DNA of 60,063 bases, the filler included. It is 3 parts of 3 records of this genome, joined end to end, with 100 filler letters (N's around TTAATTAATTAA, not from the genome) between each part and the next. Parts side by side here need not be neighbours in the genome. Positions count along the whole stretch, not along the records: positions 46,465 to 60,063 come from SRR20825019_387; 2 more parts are not named here. One strand, written 5' to 3'. How positions within the stretch are numbered: position 1 is the first letter of the stretch; the number at the start of each line of letters is the position of its first letter. The translations under genes and the position numbers were made by a program. The notes beneath the pieces are model-generated. The model saw only the letters and a program-made list of their open reading frames with translations. It had not been told where the DNA came from and made no database searches. This document shows positions 54,405 to 60,063 of the stretch, in pieces.

Positions 54405-55706
54405 GTGTCGGTAAAAGCGTATCTTGGGTCGATATTTTACATGACAGACGACCCCGCTGTTGTCGCAGTGCCAGACTGCTACCGCTACGTGGCCGACGGC
54501 ATGCTCATAGTTGAGGGCGGCATCATCACTGCCATCGGCGCGCGGCGCGAGCTGGAAGAAAACCTGCCCAAAAGCGCCGAGGTCCTTGACCACAGCGGCA
54601 GCATGATCACACCCGGTTTTATCGATACCCATATCCATTTCCCGCAGCTTGATATGATCGCGTCCTTCGGCGAACAGCTTCTGGACTGGCTGGACCGATA
54701 CACCTTCCCTGAAGAAGCCAAATTTTCAGACCCGGCCCACGCAAAAGAATGTGCCGAGTTTTTTCTGAATGAGCTCTTACGCAACGGCACCACCACGGCG
54801 CTTATATACGGCACGGTGCACAAGCAGTCGGTCGAGGCACTTTTTGAAGAAGCGTTTGCGCGCAACATGCGCATTGTCGCCGGCAAAGCGCTGATGGACC
54901 GCAATGTGCCAGAAGCCGTGCGTGACACAGCCGAGACAAGCGACCGTGACAACAGGGAGCTGATTGCGCGCTGGCACGGCAAAGGCCGATTGGGCTACGC
55001 CATCACCCCGCGCTTTGCGCCTGCCTGCTCTGACGAACAGCTGACAATGGCTGGCAAGCTTCTAGGTGAGCACCCGGACGTGTTGATGCACACCCATCTT
55101 TCGGAAAACGTCTCTGAAATTGATTGGGTGAAAGACCTGTACCCCACTGCAAAAGACTATCTGGACGTTTATGACCGCTTTGGCCTGCTGACAGACCGCA
55201 GCGTGTTTGCCCACTGTGTGCATCTGGAAGGGGAAGAGTTTCAGCGCATGGCAGAGCGCGGCGCCGCCATCAGCTATTGCCCCACCTCAAACCTGTTCCT
55301 TGGCTCAGGCCTCTTCAACCTGAAGGAAGCAGAGAAATACGGCGTGGACGTAGGCCTCGGTACAGACGTAGGTGCAGGCACCAGTTTCTCGCTCCTGCAA
55401 ACCATGAACGAAGCTTATAAGGTCTGCCACCTGCGCGGCCATAAGCTGGACGCGTTTAAATCTTTCTACCTTGCAACACTGGGCGGCGCCAAGGCACTCA
55501 ATATGGCCGATAAAGTCGGCAGCCTTGAGGTTGGCAAGGAAGCTGATTTCCTTGTGCTCGACATGCACTCAACGCCGCTTCTAAGCCGCAGGCTCAAGCA
55601 CGCAAGCACGGTGGAGGAAACGCTTTTTGTGCTTTCCATGTTAGGGGATGACCGCGCCATCAACCACACCTATGTGGCAGGCGTGTGCCAACACCGCAAA
55701 GGTTAG
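54405..55706 (+). CDS. guaD: Guanine deaminase
   Basis: PGFIDTHIHFPQ, LLDWL..YTFPEE, TPRFA, HTHLSEN, HCVH, GTDVGAG. Confidence 0.96.
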   Translation: MSVKAYLGSIFYMTDDPAVVAVPDCYRYVADGMLIVEGGIITAIGARRELEENLPKSAEVLDHSGSMITPGFIDTHIHFPQLDMIASFGEQLLDWLDRYTFPEEAKFSDPAHAKECAEFFLNELLRNGTTTALIYGTVHKQSVEALFEEAFARNMRIVAGKALMDRNVPEAVRDTAETSDRDNRELIARWHGKGRLGYAITPRFAPACSDEQLTMAGKLLGEHPDVLMHTHLSENVSEIDWVKDLYPTAKDYLDVYDRFGLLTDRSVFAHCVHLEGEEFQRMAERGAAISYCPTSNLFLGSGLFNLKEAEKYGVDVGLGTDVGAGTSFSLLQTMNEAYKVCHLRGHKLDAFKSFYLATLGGAKALNMADKVGSLEVGKEADFLVLDMHSTPLLSRRLKHASTVEETLFVLSMLGDDRAINHTYVAGVCQHRKG

Positions 55707-55816
55707 CAGAAACCAGCGTTCGCCCTACAAAAGGCTACTTTTCTCAACGCATTGGTGTATTCTGGCGCCATATTCAACTTTTTGTTTGGAGTTCACATCG
55801 CACCAGGGGAAAGCGA

Positions 55817-57631
55817 ATGTACTCTGAAACTATCTCACGGCGGCATATGCTGAAGCTGACCGCCGCCCTTCTGGGCACCACGGCACTTGCTGGTTGTTTT
55901 GGCCGGGGCCTCAAGATCCCGCCAGGCACCTATGACCCACAACCCGATACACCGCTCCGGATCGACACCCACGCCCACATCTTCAACGCTGAAGACCTGC
56001 CCATCCGGGGGGTGGTCGGGTTTCTGACCCAAACTCACCTACCGCTTGGTGAACTGGGCGGCGTGATTGGTCGCTCGCTTGCCTTCCTGCTTGAAGTGAT
56101 TGTGCAGGCGGTCGCCCCCGGCTTCAAAAAAGAGTGTGAAGAGCTTGATGCGATCCTTGATGGGCAGAAAGCCTATCAGGCCCCTCCTCAGCTTAAAGAC
56201 AAAGACATGATCAGAATCATTCAGGACGGGTTGGAAAACGGGGGCGACCCCAAGAAAGACCTGGCCAAATTTCGCGAGCATGTCGCCATCACGATCGAGG
56301 CGAGGCGAAGAGGCGCTTCCTTCACCAGCCCCCTAGCCCTGAGCGCAGAAGAAGAAGCTGATTTTGGCCGCTGGCAAACTGAGCTGGGCGAAGAAGTGCT
56401 TGAAGAAGCCTACCGGCAGTCCGAGAAGGCGGATGACCGCCGCCGCGAGGACAGGTTCGTGCCAACGACGCTTGCCGCCTATGCCCTCGCCATCTTTATT
56501 TTCTACTTGCTCGCCCCTGAAGTATTGCGGGCCGCGATCAGCTCCCACATTGGCAACGCTCACCGCCTGATGCGCATATTTGGTGAAGCGCGAGACGGCT
56601 CTCCAGCCATTGATCTTTTTGTCACCGCAGAAGTCGACATGGATATCTGGGTGCACCAAAGCCATCGCGGCAGCAAAAATACCCAGGATGAAACCCAAAT
56701 CCTGATGGAGAAGGTGGCATTGGCAACCGGTGGCCGCATGTTGCCCTTTGCCTCCTTTGATCCTTTGCGTGAGGTTGTCTCGCGAGAGAGTAACACCGCT
56801 CTAACAGACCAAGATACAGCACCCGAGATCACGCCGCTTGAGCTTGCGAAACGCGCGGTGATGGAGCGCGGGTTTGTGGGCATAAAGCTATATCCCGCCA
56901 TGGGCTTCAAACCCTATTTCAACAATGAGTTTGATGCGGACCCCAACGCTCGTTGGCCCAAAGCGGGCTGGGGCATCGAAAACCTGGGCGCCAAGCTGGA
57001 CGCCGCGCTTTTTGACCTTTACCGCTTTTGCCTTGATAACGACGTGCCGGTCATGTGCCACGCCAATACATCCATGTATTCCCACAGGGATTACAAAACG
57101 CGGGGCCAGCCAAAAAACTGGCAAGCCCTCTTTGACGCACAGATCAAGGGACTGGAAGACATCAGGAACCTTCGGCTCAATCTCGGCCATCTGGCGCGCA
57201 TCGATAGCACCACGCCTTATGAAGGTAGCTGGGTCGAGCAAGCCGCAAGCACCATCGCGTCAGACAACCGGGTTTTTGCAGACTTCGCCAATTATGACGG
57301 GGTGCATACCGCCACCGGGCGCGAGAGGCTGCAGGCAAACCTGCGCAAACTCCACGCCAACAGCCCAGCCATTGGCAGCCGGGTTATGTTCGGCACTGAC
57401 TGGTGGATGCTCGCGAGCGACAAGAAGGTACTGAGCTATGTGGATGATATCCGCAACACGGTCTCCGGCACGGACGGCATCGTCAGTGAGGCACGCTTCC
57501 TCGGTGGTAACGCGGTCGATTTTCTCGGCCTCAAATCCGGTGAAAAACCCTTCGAACGGCTGAAAACCTATTATGCGACCAACCCACACAAGCCCATTGA
57601 GCCAAAATGGCTGGCTCGGGCTAACGCGTGA
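55817..57631 (+). CDS. Tat-exported lipoprotein, amidohydrolase_2 family
   Basis: SRRHMLK twin-arginine signal, LAGC lipobox, IDTHAHIFN, GIKLYP, CHA, LGH, MFGTDW. Confidence 0.85.
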   Translation: MYSETISRRHMLKLTAALLGTTALAGCFGRGLKIPPGTYDPQPDTPLRIDTHAHIFNAEDLPIRGVVGFLTQTHLPLGELGGVIGRSLAFLLEVIVQAVAPGFKKECEELDAILDGQKAYQAPPQLKDKDMIRIIQDGLENGGDPKKDLAKFREHVAITIEARRRGASFTSPLALSAEEEADFGRWQTELGEEVLEEAYRQSEKADDRRREDRFVPTTLAAYALAIFIFYLLAPEVLRAAISSHIGNAHRLMRIFGEARDGSPAIDLFVTAEVDMDIWVHQSHRGSKNTQDETQILMEKVALATGGRMLPFASFDPLREVVSRESNTALTDQDTAPEITPLELAKRAVMERGFVGIKLYPAMGFKPYFNNEFDADPNARWPKAGWGIENLGAKLDAALFDLYRFCLDNDVPVMCHANTSMYSHRDYKTRGQPKNWQALFDAQIKGLEDIRNLRLNLGHLARIDSTTPYEGSWVEQAASTIASDNRVFADFANYDGVHTATGRERLQANLRKLHANSPAIGSRVMFGTDWWMLASDKKVLSYVDDIRNTVSGTDGIVSEARFLGGNAVDFLGLKSGEKPFERLKTYYATNPHKPIEPKWLARANA

Positions 57632-57754
57632 CAGTAAGAGGATGGCAATTGATATTTTTCTTGCAACATCTGTCGGGGGCTTGGTTGCCCATTCGTCCTC
57701 TGGTCGAGAGCAGGACAATCAGCCCGCGCGAAAACCGCTATAGGAGACATTTGC

Positions 57755-58093
57755 ATGCAGTATCTTGTTGCCATTCATCACCCCGATGATTACGACCCCG
57801 CCAATGCGGAAGACGAGGCCATGCACCGCGACATCGACGCACTCAACGACGAGATGGTTGCAGCGGGTATCAGGATTTTTGTTGGCGGCCTGCGCACGGT
57901 AAAAGAAGCAAAATCGATAAAGCAGAACACGGGCGGCGACATTCTTGTCACCGACGGGCCATTCCTTGAAACCAAAGAACATATTGGTGGTTTTTGGGTG
58001 CTTGAGGCCGCGAGCATGGAAGAAGCGCTTGAATGGGGGCGCAAGGCGGCTATTGCCTGCCGCGCACCGGTTGAGGTGCGCCAGTTTCACTGA
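57755..58093 (+). CDS. YciI/DGPF family protein
   Basis: TDGPFLETKEHIGGFW, EEALEW, VEVR. Confidence 0.92.
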   Translation: MQYLVAIHHPDDYDPANAEDEAMHRDIDALNDEMVAAGIRIFVGGLRTVKEAKSIKQNTGGDILVTDGPFLETKEHIGGFWVLEAASMEEALEWGRKAAIACRAPVEVRQFH

Positions 58094-58187
58094 TTGAACT
58101 GTTCCCGAAAAGCTCACGCTTTCATCAGCGCAAAAAAAGGGCTTCGCTATTCAGCTGAGCCCTTTTCCTTACCGCAGCCCATGAGGG

Positions 58188-59771
58188 TCAGGCCGCTTTG
58201 CGGTCAGCTTGTGCGCGGTATTTTTTATAGTCGAGCAGGTCACCGTCAAAGTCTGTCACGGTGCCATTGTCTATGAGCCAGTATGTGTCGACCACTGTCT
58301 CGATAAGCGCTGTATCGTGAGACACCAGCACAACAGCGCCGGTAAAATCCTGCAGCGCCATTGTCAGCGCTGAGCGCACCTCAAGGTCCAGGTGGTTGGT
58401 CGGCTCATCCAGCAGCAAAAGATTAGGCCGGTCCCAGATGATCATGGCAAGCACAAGTCGCGATTTCTCGCCGCCCGACATGGTGCCCGTGTTCTGGAAC
58501 ACAGTCTTGTCGGAAAAATCGAAGGTGCCGAGATAGGTCCTGAGCTCCTGCTCCCTCGCGCGCGGTGCCTTCTGCTTCATATGCCACAGCGGCGATTGCT
58601 CAGGGTCCAGCGTTTCAAGCTGGTGCTGCGCAAAATATCCAATCTTGATACGGCGGTCGAGGATCAGCTCCCCGCTCTCGCTTTCAATCTCACCCGCGAT
58701 CAGTTTGATCAGCGTTGACTTGCCTGCCCCGTTACGCCCCAGAAGCCCAACACGTGTGCCTGCGCCAATATGAACAGTGATATCACTCAAAATACGCGCG
58801 CCCGGATAACCCGCGTCAGCGCCCGCCGATTCCCAAAGCGTTGTGGCCATGGCGTCAGGCTCGCGAAACTTGAAGGTGAAAGGGGTATCGATATGCGCGG
58901 CGGCAACACGCTCCAGCTTCGCAAGCGCCTTGATGCGGCTTTGTGCCTGCCGGGCTTTGGAGGCCTGCGCGCGGAACCGGTCAATAAATGATGAAATATG
59001 CGCGATCTGGCGTTGCTGTTTTTCAAACATTGCCTGCTGCTGCATCAGCCGCTCAGCCCGCATGTTTTCATAGTCGGAATAACCGCCGGTATAGAGCGTG
59101 AGGGTGCCGCCCGCCAGCTCGAGAATTCGGTCAACCGTGGCGTCGAGGAAGTTCCGGTCGTGGCTGATCATCAGCACCGTGCCTTCAAATGACTTCAGCC
59201 AGTCCTGCAGCCAGACGATGGCTTCAAGGTCAAGGTGGTTGGTTGGCTCATCCAGCAGCAACAGGTCAGACCGGCACATGAGTGCCTGCGCGAGGTTGAG
59301 CCGCATGCGCCAGCCGCCGGAAAAAGTGGAAACCGGGTTTTCATGCACCGCTTCATCGAAGCCAAGACCAACAAGCAGATCCGCCGCCCGGCGTTCAACC
59401 GAATAGGCATCGATGCGCATGAACTCTTCATAGATGCGGCCGATCTCGTAGCCGTCTTCAGCTTCCTCAGCTTTCGCGAGCTCAGCCTCCAGCGCGCGCA
59501 ATTCCGCGTCACCATCAATGGCGAACTGCAGCGCTGATTTCTCGCTGCCTTCGGTTTCCTGCGCCACATGGGCGATACGCCAGCGGTTCGGGAAATCAAC
59601 CGTGCCGGTCTCGGCAATCAGCTCATGCCGCAACAGCGCGAACAGCGACGACTTGCCAGCCCCGTTTCCACCCACAAGGCCCATCTTCTCCCCGGCATTG
59701 AGGTTAAAGCTGCCATCTTTGAACAGCAGCTTGGAGCCGCGGCGCAGCGCAACATCGGAGAAAGTGATCAT
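58188..59771 (-). CDS. ABC-F family ribosome-associated ATPase (YheS-like)
   Basis: Two ABC domains (GGNGAGKS/FSGGWRMR/LDEPTNHLD; GRNGAGKS/MSGGEK/LDEPTNHLD), no TM segments. Confidence 0.93.
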   Translation of the reverse strand: MITFSDVALRRGSKLLFKDGSFNLNAGEKMGLVGGNGAGKSSLFALLRHELIAETGTVDFPNRWRIAHVAQETEGSEKSALQFAIDGDAELRALEAELAKAEEAEDGYEIGRIYEEFMRIDAYSVERRAADLLVGLGFDEAVHENPVSTFSGGWRMRLNLAQALMCRSDLLLLDEPTNHLDLEAIVWLQDWLKSFEGTVLMISHDRNFLDATVDRILELAGGTLTLYTGGYSDYENMRAERLMQQQAMFEKQQRQIAHISSFIDRFRAQASKARQAQSRIKALAKLERVAAAHIDTPFTFKFREPDAMATTLWESAGADAGYPGARILSDITVHIGAGTRVGLLGRNGAGKSTLIKLIAGEIESESGELILDRRIKIGYFAQHQLETLDPEQSPLWHMKQKAPRAREQELRTYLGTFDFSDKTVFQNTGTMSGGEKSRLVLAMIIWDRPNLLLLDEPTNHLDLEVRSALTMALQDFTGAVVLVSHDTALIETVVDTYWLIDNGTVTDFDGDLLDYKKYRAQADRKAA

Positions 59772-59955
59772 GAACGGGTCCTGTGTATAAATTCAGCGGC
59801 GCTTATACAGCTATCCGCGCCGCATGACACATAAATAGTGCCGCCAGACTGTGCCGGAATTGCCCTACCTGAACTCGCAACCAACAACATCTGCTATTTG
59901 CACAGCCGGGGAAGCTCGTTTGAAACTGTTTTAGCGACGTATTTACTTGCTGGCT

Positions 59956-60000
59956 AAAAACAAAAAAGGGCTTAGCAGATAATGCTTAAGCCCTTGTTTT
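59956..60000 (-). terminator. Probable terminator downstream of tRNA
   Basis: AAGGGGCTTAGCA..TGCTTAAGCCCTT imperfect stem flanked by A/T runs. Confidence 0.6.
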
Positions 60001-60003
60001 GAG

Positions 60004-60063
60004 TGGCGCACCGGGGAGGATTCGAACCCCCGGCCCCCAGATTCGTAGTCTGGTGCTCTATCC
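60004..60063 (-). tRNA. tRNA-Arg(ACG), 5' end beyond window
   Basis: Minus strand GGATAGAGCA CCAGA CT-ACG-AA TCTGG GGGCC GGGGG TTCGAAT CCTCC CCGGTGCG CCA. Confidence 0.93.

Noticed and set aside
20651-60063. CRISPR arrays, defence systems, prophage or integrase in the bacterial contigs
   Set aside because: No regularly spaced direct repeats or such genes seen. Long antisense ORFs (e.g. 50445-51050, 47837-48502) are shadows of real genes.

Overview
The window is three unrelated contigs joined by artificial N-spacers carrying TTAATTAATTAA (20551-20650, 46365-46464). (1) 1-20550 is a compact eukaryotic, protist-like contig with ~45-56-nt GT-AG introns. It encodes NOT3, an unknown protein, MORN-, RCC1- and ankyrin-repeat proteins, an SLC35F6-like transporter, an atypical protein kinase and an anoctamin, separated by very GC-rich intergenic islands with recurrent TCAGTG/GTCACT motifs. 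At ~19580-20206 lies a cluster of decayed TnpB/Fanzor2-like 3' ends (CxxC..DRDxN..NI[LM]LRA). Their downstream non-coding sequence is conserved between copies and stops at a shared AATGCAT boundary, as expected for omegaRNA/fRNA scaffolds with different guides; this is the most interesting signal. (2) 20651-46364 is a Flavobacteriaceae-like housekeeping region (yciO-like, uvrD/pcrA, recG, peptidases, leuC-leuD-cimA-leuB, gapN, ilvN-ilvC-ilvA). (3) 46465-60063 is an alphaproteobacterial region (aminopeptidase P, OsmC, GST, trhO, bfr/bfd, PAS proteins, GT4, guaD, a Tat-lipoprotein amidohydrolase, YciI, ABC-F, partial tRNA-Arg). Taxonomy and exon boundaries are read by eye; no searches were run.
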